Assembly (NCBI GenBank): GCA_963810945.1
Contig: CAWEPI010000008.1
Span: forward strand, 1,238,850-1,302,849
Origin: an uncultured Actinomycetes bacterium
GTDB taxonomy: Bacteria > Actinomycetota > UBA4738 > HRBIN12
Reading direction: 5' to 3'
DNA: 64,000 nt
Below, piece after piece: positions 10,239 to 21,612 of this stretch (positions within the stretch are counted from its first letter, which is position 1; the number at the start of each line of letters is the position of its first letter). The notes under the pieces were generated by a model, which was given only the letters and a program-made list of their open reading frames with translations, ran no database searches and was not told the origin of the DNA. Position numbers and translations under genes: made by a program.

Positions 10239-11270
10239 GCGACGCCTCCTCGCTCGGCCGCCTCGGCGACCGCGCGGATCGTGTCCACGTCCGTGGTCTG
10301 GGCGAGCAGCGTCGTGACGCCCGCGTCGCGATAGGCCTGCAGGCGCTCGGCCACCTGGGCCATCGGCCCCACGAGTGTGAGCTCGTCCACCATCGCGTCG
10401 GTCACGGCCGCGGTCGCCTCCGCGCGGTCGCCGGCCAGGGAGTGCTCCTGGATCCGCGCCGCCTCGGCCGCGAAGCCGTAGCGCGTCACGAGCGCGTTGT
10501 AGAAGTTGGCCTCCCTCGATCCGAACGCGCCCACGTAGCGGGCGATCGTGGCACGCATCGTGTCCCGGCAGGCGGCGAGGTCGTCGCCGATCGCCACCCA
10601 GACCATCGGCGCAACGTCGAGCGCGCCGCGCGCCGGGTCGCGCCGCGCCGCGCCCTCGCGCAGCGGCTCCGCGAACACGTCGGGGCGGTCGGGCGAGAAG
10701 AGGATCGGCATCCATCCGTCGGCGATCTCGGCGGCGAGGGCCACGTTGCGCGGCCCCATCGCGGCGAGGTAGACGGGGATCGCGGAACGGAGCGGCCTGA
10801 TGTTGGTCTTGAGCGGCTTGCCCAGCCCGGTCCCGCCCACCGCCGGCAGCCGGTAGTGGCGGCCGTCGTAAGCGACGGGCGCCTCTCGCGCCACGACCGC
10901 GCGCACGATGTCGACGTACGCGCGCGTGCGCTCGAGCGGGTCGTCGAAGACCGCGCCGTGCCAGCCCTCGGCCACCTGCGGTCCCGACGTGCCGAGGCCC
11001 AGGCGGAACCGACCGCCGCTCAGGTGATCGATCGTGCAGGCGGCCATCGCCGCGTTGGCGGGGGTTCGGGCCGGCATCTGCGCCACGCCCACGCCCACGC
11101 CGATGCGCTCCGGTGTGCGCCGCCATCCACGTGGCGAGCACCATCGCGTCGGACCCCCACGTCTCCGAGGCCCAGACGGAATCGAGGCCCAGGCGCTCGG
11201 CCTCGCGCGCGAGCGGCACCACGTCGTGCGGGGTTCCCTCCCAGTGGCGGACGTGGATCCCGATGCGCAC
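10235..11270 (-). CDS. LLM-class F420-dependent (luciferase-like) oxidoreductase; one frameshift
   Basis: The N-terminus [13 protein letters not shown]...[23 protein letters not shown] is in one frame. The remainder [17 protein letters not shown]...[10 protein letters not shown]... is in another. A 1-nt insertion sits near 11100 (caccGgagcgcatc). Confidence 0.7.
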
Positions 11271-11316
11271 GGGCGAAGGATAGCGGGGCGCGCTCGTCGT
11301 CCGTGAGGCGGGAGGC

Positions 11317-11874
11317 CTACGCGCCGGTCGCGTCTCCGGCGATCGCGGCCTCGAGCCGGTCGAGGAACGGGGCCTGCGCCGCCTTGATCTTGACGCGCGC
11401 CCGCTTCATCCCGAACCACTCCACGCGATCGATCTCCGGGAACGTCTGGGTCTTGCCCGATCTGGGCGGCCACTCCATCTCGAACGTGTTGCTCACCGCG
11501 GCGGCGGGGTCCAGGTCGCCCTCGACCGCCCAAGCGACCACCCGCTTGCCGGACTTCTGGCGGACCTCGCCCAGCTCGATCATCGGGGCGTCGGCGTCGA
11601 TCGGGTGTCCGGCCTCCTCCGCGAACTCACGTCGCGCGACGTCGATCAGTTCCTCCCCGGGCTCGACCTCGCCCTTCAGCACCGTCCAGTCGTCGTCGTC
11701 GTTCTTCCGCGCGAAGTAGGGGCTGCCCGGATGGCCGAGGAGGACCTCGAGCCGTCCGTCGCTGCGGCGCCACAGGAGGATCCCGGCGCTCAGCCGGCCC
11801 GCCTTGTTCTGCTTGGGCTTCTTCGGAGGAGCCATCGGCCCGATGATGCCATGCGCCGTTCGTGCGTCGGTCAT
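11317..11874 (-). CDS. NUDIX hydrolase
   Basis: Nudix box [12 protein letters not shown] within a 185-aa ORF. The start is uncertain: Met1 or Met14, with no clear SD at either. Confidence 0.7.
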   Translation of the reverse strand: MTDARTAHGIIGPMAPPKKPKQNKAGRLSAGILLWRRSDGRLEVLLGHPGSPYFARKNDDDDWTVLKGEVEPGEELIDVARREFAEEAGHPIDADAPMIELGEVRQKSGKRVVAWAVEGDLDPAAAVSNTFEMEWPPRSGKTQTFPEIDRVEWFGMKRARVKIKAAQAPFLDRLEAAIAGDATGA

Positions 11875-11901
11875 CTCCCCGTTGCGGGAGGGTCTGGCCG
11901 G

Positions 11902-12432
11902 TCACTTCGTCGGTGGGGCGGGAACCGTAGCCGTCTCGAAGTTCCACTGGCGGATGATCTTGCCGCTCGCGATCTTCACCACCGCGATACCGGAACCCCG
12001 GCCGTGACCCGCGTAGCGATAGGCGAACGTCGTGAACGCGCCGTCCGGCGTGGTGTCGATATGGCCCACCTGCGTCAGCGAGAACGCCGGTCCCTTGCCG
12101 CGCGCGTCGGCGACGATGGCCTTGATGCCGACCATCTTCGTGCCGTCGGCCTCGACCACGACGGCGTCGGGCGCGTACACGTCGGCGAGCGCGGTCGGAG
12201 CCGCCGCATCCCACGCGGTCACGGCGTTCTGGACCACGTGCTCGGCGGCCGTCCGGTGGTAGCGCTGATACGTCGTCCAGCCGGCGAGCGCCAGGAACGC
12301 CAGCGTCGTGAAGATGAGCGCGCCGATCAGCCACGGCATCGCCCTCGGCTGCTCGGGTCCCGCCTGGGGGTGTGCCCCGGAGACCGTCTCGATGACCGGG
12401 GTCGTCTTGCGGACCTGCTGCTTCTGCACCAT
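11902..12432 (-). CDS. membrane-anchored NTF2-like (SnoaL/DUF4440-like) protein
   Basis: Start at MVQKQQ, preceded by a ggaaggcgg SD. One TM segment (LIGALIFTTLAFLALAGW) followed by an NTF2-like fold. Confidence 0.5.
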   Translation of the reverse strand: MVQKQQVRKTTPVIETVSGAHPQAGPEQPRAMPWLIGALIFTTLAFLALAGWTTYQRYHRTAAEHVVQNAVTAWDAAAPTALADVYAPDAVVVEADGTKMVGIKAIVADARGKGPAFSLTQVGHIDTTPDGAFTTFAYRYAGHGRGSGIAVVKIASGKIIRQWNFETATVPAPPTK

Positions 12433-12614
12433 GCTGCCGCCTTCCAAGCCGGACCGTGCGACGCCGACGCGCCGCCAGGGTCCATCACACGCCCGCGAAG
12501 GTAAGGGCCGCCCCAAGAGAGGCCCCAGGCACGGGCAAGAACCGAGGAACCCCCCATTCGTCCCACTCGTGCGGTGAACGAGGGAGGTCTAGGGTGTCGG
12601 CAGGGAGGCGGTTC

Positions 12615-13820
12615 GTGAAACGACGTCTCGCACTGCTCGGGACCCTGGCCTTGGTGCTCTTCGTCCCGCTCGGAACGGCGCAAGCTGCCGCGGGTGACCT
12701 CGACACCACGTTCGGTGGCGACGGGATCGTGAGGAGCGGTGTCTTGGCGCCGGCCAGCGTCTTCTTCCACGTCAGCCACGCCGACACGTCGGTCGAGGTG
12801 GACGAGCGCGATCGCGTGTTGCTCGGCGGCTTCAGCCCCTCCGCCAAGGGCCCGGTCGTGGTCCGCTTCACGGCCGACGGCGCCGTCGATCCCGTGTGGG
12901 GCAGGCGGTTCCTTCCCGGGACCGGTCGCGTGGTGGGCCTCGCCGTCGTCGGCCGCAAGGTTCTCGTCGGCGTTCAGGGCGGCCAGATCGAACGGCTGAA
13001 CGCGAACGGCTCGCTCGACCGGACGTTCGGCGACGCCGGCGTCGTTGACACCGGGATCTCGCTGGTCGACATGGGCGTCGATCCGCGCGGGAGGACGTTC
13101 GCGGCGGGGAGGACCGGCCTGGCCAAGGTGTCGCCTTCCGGTGGCGCGTTCACGATCTCGTCGATCTGTCTGGGTGGCGGCGGGGTCTGCGGTCGGGTCA
13201 CCGCGCTGGCCGTCTCCCCGAGCAAGGTCTATGTGGCGGGCAGCGCGCTTCCCGGCACCAGCCCGGACTGGGACAGCGCCATCGTGGGTCGGTACCTCCC
13301 GAGAGGAGCGCTCGATACGGGCTACGGATCCGGCGGGTACGCGTGGCTCGACCCCGCCGCGGCCACGCAGCACGACTCGTCGACCGCGACCGACGTCGCG
13401 GTGTCCGCCACGACCGGCCGCGTCTCGATGGTGGGCGAGATCTGCCGCGACTTCTGTGATCACGACGGCAGTTTCGTCGCGCGCTTCACGCCGGCGGGAA
13501 CGGTCGATGCCGGGTTCGACGGGAACGTGTACTTCGGCGATGACGCGGGCGGGGGATCCTCCGACTCCTACCCGTTCGGCGTCGCCCTCCAGGGCGGGAA
13601 GACGATCATCGTCGGGATCGATGACTACTGCGACGACGGCCAACACGGCTATTGCTTCGGGGTGGAGCGGCTGACGCCGACGGGAGCGCGCGACACGACC
13701 TTCGCGGGGACCGGCTACACGCACACGGCGGACGCGCCGGGACAGGCCGCAGATGTCCGGGTCGCGCACGGCAAGATCGTCGTCTCGGGCGGCCAGTACG
13801 TCGTGCGGTATCTCGGGTAG
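12615..13820 (+). CDS. secreted delta-60 repeat (beta-propeller) protein
   Basis: GTG start with a gggagg SD. Signal peptide (LALLGTLALVLFVPLGTAQAAAGD). Repeated DxTFGGDG / DRTFGDAG / DTGYGSGG / DAGFDGN motifs. Confidence 0.6.
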   Translation: MKRRLALLGTLALVLFVPLGTAQAAAGDLDTTFGGDGIVRSGVLAPASVFFHVSHADTSVEVDERDRVLLGGFSPSAKGPVVVRFTADGAVDPVWGRRFLPGTGRVVGLAVVGRKVLVGVQGGQIERLNANGSLDRTFGDAGVVDTGISLVDMGVDPRGRTFAAGRTGLAKVSPSGGAFTISSICLGGGGVCGRVTALAVSPSKVYVAGSALPGTSPDWDSAIVGRYLPRGALDTGYGSGGYAWLDPAAATQHDSSTATDVAVSATTGRVSMVGEICRDFCDHDGSFVARFTPAGTVDAGFDGNVYFGDDAGGGSSDSYPFGVALQGGKTIIVGIDDYCDDGQHGYCFGVERLTPTGARDTTFAGTGYTHTADAPGQAADVRVAHGKIVVSGGQYVVRYLG

Positions 13821-13914
13821 TCACCCGCTCAGTTGTGGCGGCGCCGTGACGGTTGCGTGGCGCTCGCGTGGATGCCCTTCCCCCGCAACGGCTCGATGAG
13901 GAACGCTGGCCGCG

Positions 13915-14241
13915 ATGCTGTTCGCAACCGGCGACGTCACCAGTTCGGGGGACAACCTCTTCTTCGTCTCGCTGCTCCTCGTGCTGGGCTGGTTCGTGAT
14001 GTCGCTCGGGCTGATGCTCGCCGGGTGGACGGGCCATGGATCGGCGAAGACGATCGGCCTCGCGGGACTCTTCGGGCTCGCCGGGCTGGTCGGGGGCACG
14101 CTCGCGGGCGGCGGAGGTGGACCCGTCGCCATCGTCGATTCGATCACGCTCGGATGCGTCGTCGCCGGCATGGGCTGGGTCGTCGCAGCTGCCGTTGGCC
14201 TCATGTCGTGGATCGAGGTGCGTCCCCTGAGCGCGGAGTGA
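13915..14241 (+). CDS. small hydrophobic membrane protein (may be N-terminal half of one gene with 14273..14575)
   Basis: Two predicted TM helices, Gly-rich. The two ORFs are in different frames, so a single frameshifted gene cannot be excluded. Confidence 0.3.
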   Translation: MLFATGDVTSSGDNLFFVSLLLVLGWFVMSLGLMLAGWTGHGSAKTIGLAGLFGLAGLVGGTLAGGGGGPVAIVDSITLGCVVAGMGWVVAAAVGLMSWIEVRPLSAE

Positions 14242-14272
14242 GGTCCGCGCGCTCTGGGGCGGCGCGATCGCC

Positions 14273-14575
14273 ATGGTGCTCCTCGCCGTCGTGTTGACCC
14301 AGTGGGTGTTCGTCCCCGCCTTCGTCGGGATCGACGAGCACGAGCAGCTGATCCCGACGAGCCCGCGGTTGGTCCTGATCCAGAGGACGCTCACGGCCCT
14401 GGTCACCCTCAGGAGGGTGATCTGGGTGGACGCGGCGATCGCGGCATCCACGTTCCTCGTCGTCCTGCAGGTGCGCTCCGGGCGTGCGCGTCGCGTCGCC
14501 GACGCCCGGAGCGCGATCGCTTCCTCGGTGGCCGGTTCGTCGCCGACCCCCCCCGGCGGCGACTCGAGCGGCTAG
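14273..14575 (+). CDS. small membrane protein
   Basis: Hydrophobic ORF. A strong GC hairpin terminator lies immediately downstream. Confidence 0.35.
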   Translation: MVLLAVVLTQWVFVPAFVGIDEHEQLIPTSPRLVLIQRTLTALVTLRRVIWVDAAIAASTFLVVLQVRSGRARRVADARSAIASSVAGSSPTPPGGDSSG

Positions 14576-14580
14576 CGGAA

Positions 14581-14607
14581 GGGCCGGGTCCATATCGGAC
14601 CCGGCCC
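14581..14607 (+). terminator. GC-rich hairpin (gggccgggtcc-atatc-ggacccggccc)
   Basis: Perfect 11-bp inverted repeat 6 nt after the stop at 14575. Confidence 0.5.
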
Positions 14608-14883
14608 GTTCGCCGTTTCAGAGCCTCACGAGCGCTTCCGGCCTCCGAGGAGGCTTCGTCCGGTAGACCAGCCGGAACCCGTGAGGTCGGTGAGCTGGTG
14701 TGGATTCTGCCGGTCGCCCGGCAAGCGGGCTGGGCGGGTGGCCCTGGCCCGCGAGGGACGGCTAACAGCCAGTCACCTCGAGGGTCTCCTGCTGTTCATG
14801 CAAGTTGGACCACCTCCTTCCTCTCGTACCCGACATGGTGCGGCAGGTCGGGCGCTAAGGCAACAACGGAGGTGAGCGGGTTC

Positions 14884-16303
14884 CTACGCGAGTTGCGCGC
14901 CGAGCTCGCGGACGACCTGGGGGACCAGGTCCACGTCTTCTTCCCGGGTCCGCCAGTTCACCAGCGCCGGGCGGAACGCCACGCGGCCGCCGTAGTCGGT
15001 GGAGCCGAAGAAGACACGGCCGTCGACGAGCGCCGCCTCGCCGATGCGCCGGTTGAGGTCGTCGAGCGCGGAACCGTCGGTCGATCCAGGCGGGCGGTAG
15101 CGGAAGCAGACGATGTTCAGCGGCACCTCGGCCAGGCGTTCGAGGTCGGGCGCCGCGTCGACGGCGGCCGCGAGGCGCTGCGCGAGGTCGAGGTCGTGCT
15201 CGACGATCGCGCGATGTCCCGCGCGCCCGTACGCGCGCAACGTCGCCCAGACGGGGAACGCGCGCGCCCGCCGCGACATCTCCGGCCCGAGGTAGCCCCA
15301 GTTCGGCTCGCGGGTCGTCGATGTCGGGGAGATAGGCCGCGCCGGACCCGAAGACCGCCGGCAGCAGCTTCGGGTCGCGCACGAACGCGAACCCGTTCTC
15401 GTAGGGCACGTTCAGCCACTTGTGGCCGTCGGCGATCACCGAGTCGGCGCGCTCGATGCCCTCCACCAGATGCGCGGTGCGCGGCGAGAGCGCGGCGAAC
15501 AGCCCGAAGGCCCCGTCCACGTGGAACCAGGCGCCGTGGCGCGCGGCGAGCTCCGCCATGTCGACGAGCGGGTCGAAGTCCCCGGCGTTCACCTCGCCCG
15601 CGCTGCCGATCACGATCGCCGGAGCGCCGTCCAGATCGGCGAGCGCGGCCTCCATCGCGGCGAGGTCCACCCGTCCCACGGCGTCGCGCGAGAGCTTCCG
15701 CACGTTGGCGCGCCCGACCCCCAGCATCCCGAGCGCCTTCACGTCGCTCGGGTGGGTGTACCCGCTCCCGAGCACGGTGATCGGCGGCGCGGCGGCCAGG
15801 CCGAGCTCGTCGACGTCGACGCCCGCGCGCTCGGCGCACCAGCGTCGCGCGCACCCGAGCGCCACGAAGTTCGCCATCGTGGCGCCGGTCGTGAGCACGC
15901 CTCCCCAGGTGGCCGGCAGGCCGAACAGCTCCTTCAGCCAGTCGATCGCCACCTGCTCGAGCCGGCCCGCGAGGGGGAGGAGACCCACGCGCCCGGGTTC
16001 TGGTCGAGCGCCGATCGTGAGCCAGTCCGCCCCGAGCGCGGCGGGGGTCGTCCCGCCGTCGACGAAGTGGAAGAACTTGGGCCCTGCGGAGTGCACCGCG
16101 CCGTCGATCCCGGCGATCAGCTCCTCCAACGCGGCGACGGCCCCGACGCCCTGCTCGGGGAGCGGGCCGCCGAAGCCCGCGGCGACCTCGTCGGCGCGGG
16201 GATCGCGCACGGGACGGTCGGCGATGCCCTTCAGGTAGGCGGCGGCCTCGCGCGCGGTCAGGTCGATGACGTCGTCGATCTCGACGGGGTCGGGACGGTC
16301 CAC
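14884..16303 (-). CDS. pyridoxal-dependent decarboxylase (aspartate aminotransferase fold); one frameshift
   Basis: HVDGAFG...DGHKWLNVPYENGFAFVRD is in one frame. The C-terminus ...NWGYLGPEMSRRARAFPVWATLRAYGRAG is in another. A 1-nt indel lies near 15295. The 5' start is uncertain (GTG near 16303). Confidence 0.7.
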
Positions 16304-16313
16304 GGTGCCGATG

Positions 16314-16869
16314 CTACCTCGCGGCTCCGTGCGCGCTGTACGCCCACAGCGCGCGGTCCAAGAGCCGGAGCCTCGGGACGTCTGCGCCGGGCAGGTCGAG
16401 GCGATCCGCGAGCTCGCGACAGACCGAGAGGTACAGGCCCAGGCTGACGTGTCCGCCGCTCGCACGGAACAGCCCCGCGGCATGCAGGGTCTCGGTCGCG
16501 CGCCAGTCGAAGACGGTGTATCGGTGCGGGTCCCAGACCGCGAGGATCGCGGACGCGATCGGCTCGCCCACGCCCGAGAGCGAGGTCAGCACGGACGCCC
16601 GCTCGACGGCGTCCGGTGCGAACGCGAGCGACGTGATCGCGCGGACGCGTCGCCCGTCGTTCAGCTCGAGGCGCGAGCGGGCGCGCGGCGACTTCCACGT
16701 GCCGATCGTCACGAACTCCCCGCGCGTGAGGTGGCCGCGCGCCCGCACGGTCGCGGACAGGTCCGAGAAGAGGTGCTCCTCGAACGCGGCATCGGCGTCG
16801 GACACGTCCTCGAGGTATCGATCGCTCCACCGGAGCACGAACGCATCGTCGATCCGCAACCGCCCCACG
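16314..16869 (-). CDS. hypothetical protein with HhH-like motif
   Basis: GTG start 4 nt after a gggaggga SD. Motif SLSGVGEPIASAILAVW resembles a helix-hairpin-helix. Confidence 0.45.
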
Positions 16870-16923
16870 CCATCCCTCCCTGAGATCCGTCTGCGGGAAG
16901 GGTAGTCGGGGGTCCGGACGAGC

Positions 16924-17433
16924 CTAAGCGGGGTGCACTCCGGGGCGCACGCCCGAAACGTGCACGACCCCTTCGCATGGCTGCAGCACAGCCGGGATGA
17001 AGAGGGGCGCGACGGCGTTCGGCGCCGTGATTTGCGCGACACTCGACGTCGGGCACCGCCCACCGGACGAGACGTCGCTGTAGCTCGTGCGGAACGTGGC
17101 GGAGTCGCCGGAGGCGAGCCGCACGTTGGTGGGAGCGGGCTTGAGATCCGTCTTCACGTGGGTGGTGATGGGTCGCCCTTGCTTGCCGAACAGCCGGATG
17201 TCCGGATAGCCGTTGAGCTTGCACGAGGTCTTCGAGAGGTTGGTGAACACCCATGCCCCGAAGATGGTGCCGGCGGCCCCCTGGGTGCCGTTGGACCGGA
17301 CGCCGAGCTGGTTCCGGGTGCAGTTGGCGAGCGGCGCCCGCGTCGCGTGGATCGAGGCGAACGCGGCGGGCAGGGCCCCGATCACCACGGTTGCGATCAC
17401 GATCCCGGCGATCAGTGTTCTGGTCCGTCTCAT
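16924..17433 (-). CDS. secreted DUF4232-like protein
   Basis: ATG preceded by a gaggagg SD. Signal peptide MRRTRTLIAGIVIATVVIGALPAAFA. Confidence 0.55.
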   Translation of the reverse strand: MRRTRTLIAGIVIATVVIGALPAAFASIHATRAPLANCTRNQLGVRSNGTQGAAGTIFGAWVFTNLSKTSCKLNGYPDIRLFGKQGRPITTHVKTDLKPAPTNVRLASGDSATFRTSYSDVSSGGRCPTSSVAQITAPNAVAPLFIPAVLQPCEGVVHVSGVRPGVHPA

Positions 17434-17607
17434 GGAGACCTCCTCTTCGCTCGTGCTCGGGAGTTTGGGCCTACCCCGTTCACCTTCATGGGAGGAGCCG
17501 ATCGATGGCGATCTTGCTCGAGCTTCGGCCCATCGGAACATCCTGCGCTCATCGAGCACGTTTCGCAGCGCAACCGGAAGTGCCCGAGGGGGGCGACCTG
17601 AGCGCCG

Positions 17608-17838
17608 CTACGTCAGATCGTCCGGCCGATCGGATCGGTGACGTCGCGCTCGATCCCGTGGACCGGATCGAGAGGTCAGTAGCACCACGGTTCCCAGGAC
17701 GACGCACGCGATCCCGATCCACATCCAGAACGGGGAGCCGGTCATGAAGCTCCCCGTGAGCGTGCCGTAGCCCTGGAACGTCCAGATGGCCCCGACGACG
17801 AGCAAGGCGACGCCCACGAGGACCCGACCCCGTCGCAT
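17608..17838 (-). CDS. small membrane protein (76 aa)
   Basis: Two hydrophobic helices with an FQGYGTLTGSFMTG linker. Confidence 0.3.
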   Translation of the reverse strand: MRRGRVLVGVALLVVGAIWTFQGYGTLTGSFMTGSPFWMWIGIACVVLGTVVLLTSRSGPRDRARRHRSDRPDDLT

Positions 17839-17983
17839 GTCTCCACTCTCGCACGCGTCGGAAGATCAGGAGACCGATATCTCGGTGGTCGTCCTCGGCC
17901 CTGAGAGCTCGTCTCTTCCTGAGAAGCCCACACACTCACCGACCGCGTGTCGATGGCGGGTGGACGCCGTCCTCCGGAGCCAC

Positions 17984-18021
17984 GAGGTCCGTATCCCTTG
18001 GTAGAGGTCCGTATCCCTGGT
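17984..18021. promoter_or_regulatory. tandem direct repeat GAGGTCCGTATCCC(T)TGGT x2 upstream of sugar ABC operon
   Basis: Two adjacent 18-19-nt copies in an AT-richer stretch about 130 nt upstream of the SBP start. Confidence 0.4.
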
Positions 18022-18152
18022 GATGGAGGGACGGACGGCCCACCGCATCGGGGTCCCGAGGAACGAGGATGCCATGGAGGGTGTGCAAGTACGAAACGAG
18101 CGATAGGGCTAGGGTGGTGATGCGACTGAGTCGCCACCAGGGAGGTGGGTCC

Positions 18153-19384
18153 ATGAGATCCATACGGAAACCGCTCGCGCTCATCGGTACGCTGCTGCTG
18201 TTCGCGGTCGTGCTGGCGGCGTGCAGCTCTTCGAACGACAACACGTCGTCAGCCACGACATCGGCGTCGGCGTCGGTGCCGCAGATCAAAGCGGGCGACT
18301 TCACCGCCGACTTCGCGGTGATGACCCAACTGAAGGACCTCGCCGCACAGGGCGACGGTCTGATCGGCGTGCTCCTGCCGGACACCGTGACGTCGACCCG
18401 CTACACGCAGTACGACGCGCCGTTCCTGAAGAAGGCGTTCGAGACCGCGGGCCTGACGTCGGACCAGTACAAGATCGACAACGCCGAAGGCAAGGTGTCC
18501 ACGATGCAGACCCAGGCCGAGGCGGACATCAGCGCCGGCGCCTCCGTCCTGCTGATCGACCCGATCGACACGGGCAGCGGCGCGGCGATCGAGTCCAAGG
18601 CCGAGGCAGCGGGCGTGAAGGTGATCGACTACGACCGCCTCGTCACGGGCGGCCCCGCCGACCGCTACTACGTGAGCTTCAACAACGTGCAGGTCGGCAA
18701 GCTGATCGGTGAGGGCGAGGTGAGCTGCATCTCGGCCTGGAAGGTGAAGGACCCGCACCTCCTGATCATGGACGGCGACCCCACCGACAACAACGCGAAG
18801 CTCTTCGCGCAGGGCTACAACGGCGTGCTGAAGCCGCATTTCGCTGACGGCTCCTACACCAAGGTCGGCGAGCCGGCCGGCACGTGGGACCCGCCGACGA
18901 CCCAGACGAACTTCGAGCAGCAGTTCACGGCCCACCCGGAGATCAACGCGGTCATCACGCCGAACGACGACAACGCGAACGCCGTGATCTCGGTGCTGCA
19001 GAAGGACGAGATCCCGGCGAACACGTTCCCGACCACCGGTCAGGACGCGTCGCTGCCGGGCCTGCAGAACATCCTCAAGGGCTACCAGTGCGGGACGGTG
19101 TACAAGCCCTTCTACGCCGAGGCGCAGGCCGCCGTGGCGTTGGCGATCTACCTGCGCGCCGGGGTAACGCCGCCGTCCACGCTGGTGAACTCGAAGACGC
19201 AGGACACGGACGATCGGTGAGGACATCGCGTCCGTCTACACGGTGCCGATCTGGGTCACCTCCGACAACATGGCGAGCCACGGTCGATCGACGGACGACG
19301 AACACGACGGGGATCGGACCGACGGCGGCCGACGTCTGCACGGGCTCGCTGCAGAGCGCCTGCACGAAGGCAGGGATAAGCTAG
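18153..19384 (+). pseudogene. sugar ABC transporter substrate-binding lipoprotein (xylose/ribose-type PBP1); 3' end frameshifted
   Basis: gggagg SD and lipobox LAAC. After ...KTQDTDD the conserved C-terminal motif continues in frame +1 (DIASVYTVPIWVTSDNMAS), then in frame +2 (...TAADVCTGSLQSACTKAGIS*). Confidence 0.65.
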
Positions 19385-19416
19385 CCGCGACGCGAAGGGG
19401 GTCGGGCCGCACACGC

Positions 19417-20286
19417 GTGCGGCTCGACCTCCGTTCCTGCACACCGGAGCTCAGGAGGACGTCACGGACGGAACGATCGTCGACGGCGGCGCGCCTCCCC
19501 CGTCGCCCGCGGGCCCCGAGGCGCGAGCCGCTCCTGAGCCTGCGCGGCATCAGCAAGCACTTCGGCGCGGTGCGGGCCCTCTCCGACGTCGACCTCGACA
19601 TCCCGAGCGGTCAGGTGACGTCGCTGGCCGGAGACAACGGGGCCGGGAAGTCGGTCCTCGTCAAGTGCATCTCCGGGATCCATGCGCCCGACGGTGGGCA
19701 GATGTCCTGGGAGGGCGTCCCGGTGCACGTGCGCACCCCGGCGGACGCGGCAGCGCTCGGGATCGAGACCGTCTATCAGGACCTCGCGCTCTGCGACAAC
19801 TTGGACATCGTCCAGAACATGTTCCTGGGACGGGAGCGCACGCGCGGCATCACCCTGGATGAGGAGTCGATGGAGACGGCGGCGAAGGAGACGCTCTCGA
19901 GCCTCGCCGTCACGACCGTTCGGTCCATCCGCCAGCCGGTCGCCTCGCTGTCCGGGGGACAGCGCCAGTCCGTCGCGATCGCGAAGGCGGTCCTGTGGAA
20001 CTCCAAGCTCGTGATCATGGACGAGCCGACGGCCGCTCTCGGCGTGGCGCAGACCGAGATGGTCCTGGCGCTGGTACGCAGGCTCGCCGATCGCGGGCAT
20101 GCCGTGTTGCTGATCTCCCACAACATGAACGACGTCTTCGAGGTCGCCGACCGGATCGCGGTCCTGCACCTCGGCAGGATGGTCGCCGTGCGTCCGGTGT
20201 CCGACCTCGACCGCCAGATCGTGGTGGACCTCATGACGACCGGTGCGTCGACCCGGACGGCGAAGCCGCGCGAGGACGAGGTCTAG
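19417..20286 (+). CDS. sugar ABC transporter ATP-binding protein
   Basis: EPLLSLRGISKHFGAVRALSDVDL, Walker A GDNGAGKS, signature LSGGQRQ. No convincing start codon lies just upstream of EPLL, so the GTG at 19417 is a guess. Confidence 0.7.
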   Translation: MRLDLRSCTPELRRTSRTERSSTAARLPRRPRAPRREPLLSLRGISKHFGAVRALSDVDLDIPSGQVTSLAGDNGAGKSVLVKCISGIHAPDGGQMSWEGVPVHVRTPADAAALGIETVYQDLALCDNLDIVQNMFLGRERTRGITLDEESMETAAKETLSSLAVTTVRSIRQPVASLSGGQRQSVAIAKAVLWNSKLVIMDEPTAALGVAQTEMVLALVRRLADRGHAVLLISHNMNDVFEVADRIAVLHLGRMVAVRPVSDLDRQIVVDLMTTGASTRTAKPREDEV

Positions 20287-20289
20287 GCG

Positions 20290-21584
20290 ATGGCGAAGGT
20301 CGAAGAACCCATCCCGACGCCGGAGGCCGAGGGACCCGACGGCTAGCAGCCGCCGCGGACGCGGCGGTGCCGGCCGAACTCGTCTCGGGTTCCGTCGGCG
20401 AGTACATCCGTGCGTCGCTGGCGCGGCTCAAGGGTGGCGAGACGGGCGTCCTCCCGGTGGTCGCCGGACTGCTGCTCGTCTCGATCCTGTTCCAGTCGGC
20501 GAACAGCCATTTCCTGACGGTCGGCAACCTCGTCAACCTCCTCGTGCAGTCCGCCCTCTTCAGCTTGCTGGCGATGGGGGAGGTGTTCGCCCTGCTCCTC
20601 GGGGAGATCGACCTGTCGATCGGGTTCGTGAGCGCCATCGGGGGCGTGATCATGGCCGAACTGGTCAAGCCCACGGTCGGCTGGCCCTGGTGGGCGTCGA
20701 TCGCCGCGGGGTTGATCGCGTGCGCCCTGATCGGCCTCGTGCACGGGACGCTGATCACGCGGCTCGGCCTGCCGTCGTTCGTGGTCACGTTGGCCGGGCT
20801 GCTCTTCTGGCAGGGCGTGTTGATCAGGATCGTCGGCGAGACCGGCTCGATCCTGGTCCAGGACAACGTGATCAACGGCATCGCCAGCGGCAACATGACC
20901 CGTCTCGCGAGCTGGCTCGTGATGCTCGCGCTCGTCGCGCTCTTCGCGATCCGGACGTGGCGTCGCGACGCCCGACGCCGCGCCGCGGGCCTCGTCGCGC
21001 CCCCGCCGACGCTGACGCTGGCGAAGATCCTGGGCGTCCTGGCGGGCGGGGTGGCGCTCGTCCTGCTGTGCAACGCCGATCGCGGCCGCATCGTCCCGAT
21101 CTACGGCGTGCCATGGGTCATCGTGTTGGTGCTCGGCGTGCTTCTGGCGTGGACCTTCTTGCTGGGGCGGACGAAGTTCGGGCGCTACGTCTACGCGATC
21201 GGCGGCAACGCCGAGGGAGCGCGACGCGCGGGCATCAACCTGAAGAGGATCCGCACGATCGCCTTCATCCTGTGTTCGTTCACGGCCGGGATCGCCGGTG
21301 TGGTGTACGTGTCGCGGCTGCGTTCGATCTCGAGCGCGGTGGATGGCGGCACCCTCGTCCTGTACGCGGTGGCGGCCGCCGTGATCGGCGGCACCAGCCT
21401 GTTCGGGGGACGTGGGAAGGCCGTCCATGGCCTGCTCGGTGGGATCGTGATCGCCGCGATCGACAACGGCATGGGCCTGTTGGGGTTCCAGGCCGCCGCG
21501 AGGTACATGGTCACCGCGCTCGTCCTCCTCGTGGCCGTGACGATCGACGCGGTGGCCCGCCGGAACCGCCCCACGGGTACATAG
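20290..21584 (+). CDS. sugar ABC transporter permease (RbsC/XylH family); probable frameshift near start
   Basis: ATG 3 nt after the ATPase stop gives MAKVEEPIPTPEAEGPDG*. The permease body AAVPAELVSGSVGEYIRASLARLKGGETGVLPVV... (10 TM helices) is in the adjacent frame. Implied indel near 20340. Confidence 0.7.
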
Positions 21585-21612
21585 GGCTGGTGGCCTTGGA
21601 GCTCGCCGACCT

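Noticed and set aside
13915-14575. Merging the two small membrane ORFs into one gene
   Set aside because: The frames differ and a stop precedes the second ORF in its own frame. A single indel could join them, but there is no conserved domain to anchor the call.
19385-19520. Alternative start for the sugar ABC ATPase directly after an aggagg SD at 19453
   Set aside because: No ATG/GTG/TTG follows the SD in the ATPase frame. The start is kept at GTG 19417 with low confidence, possibly affected by another indel.
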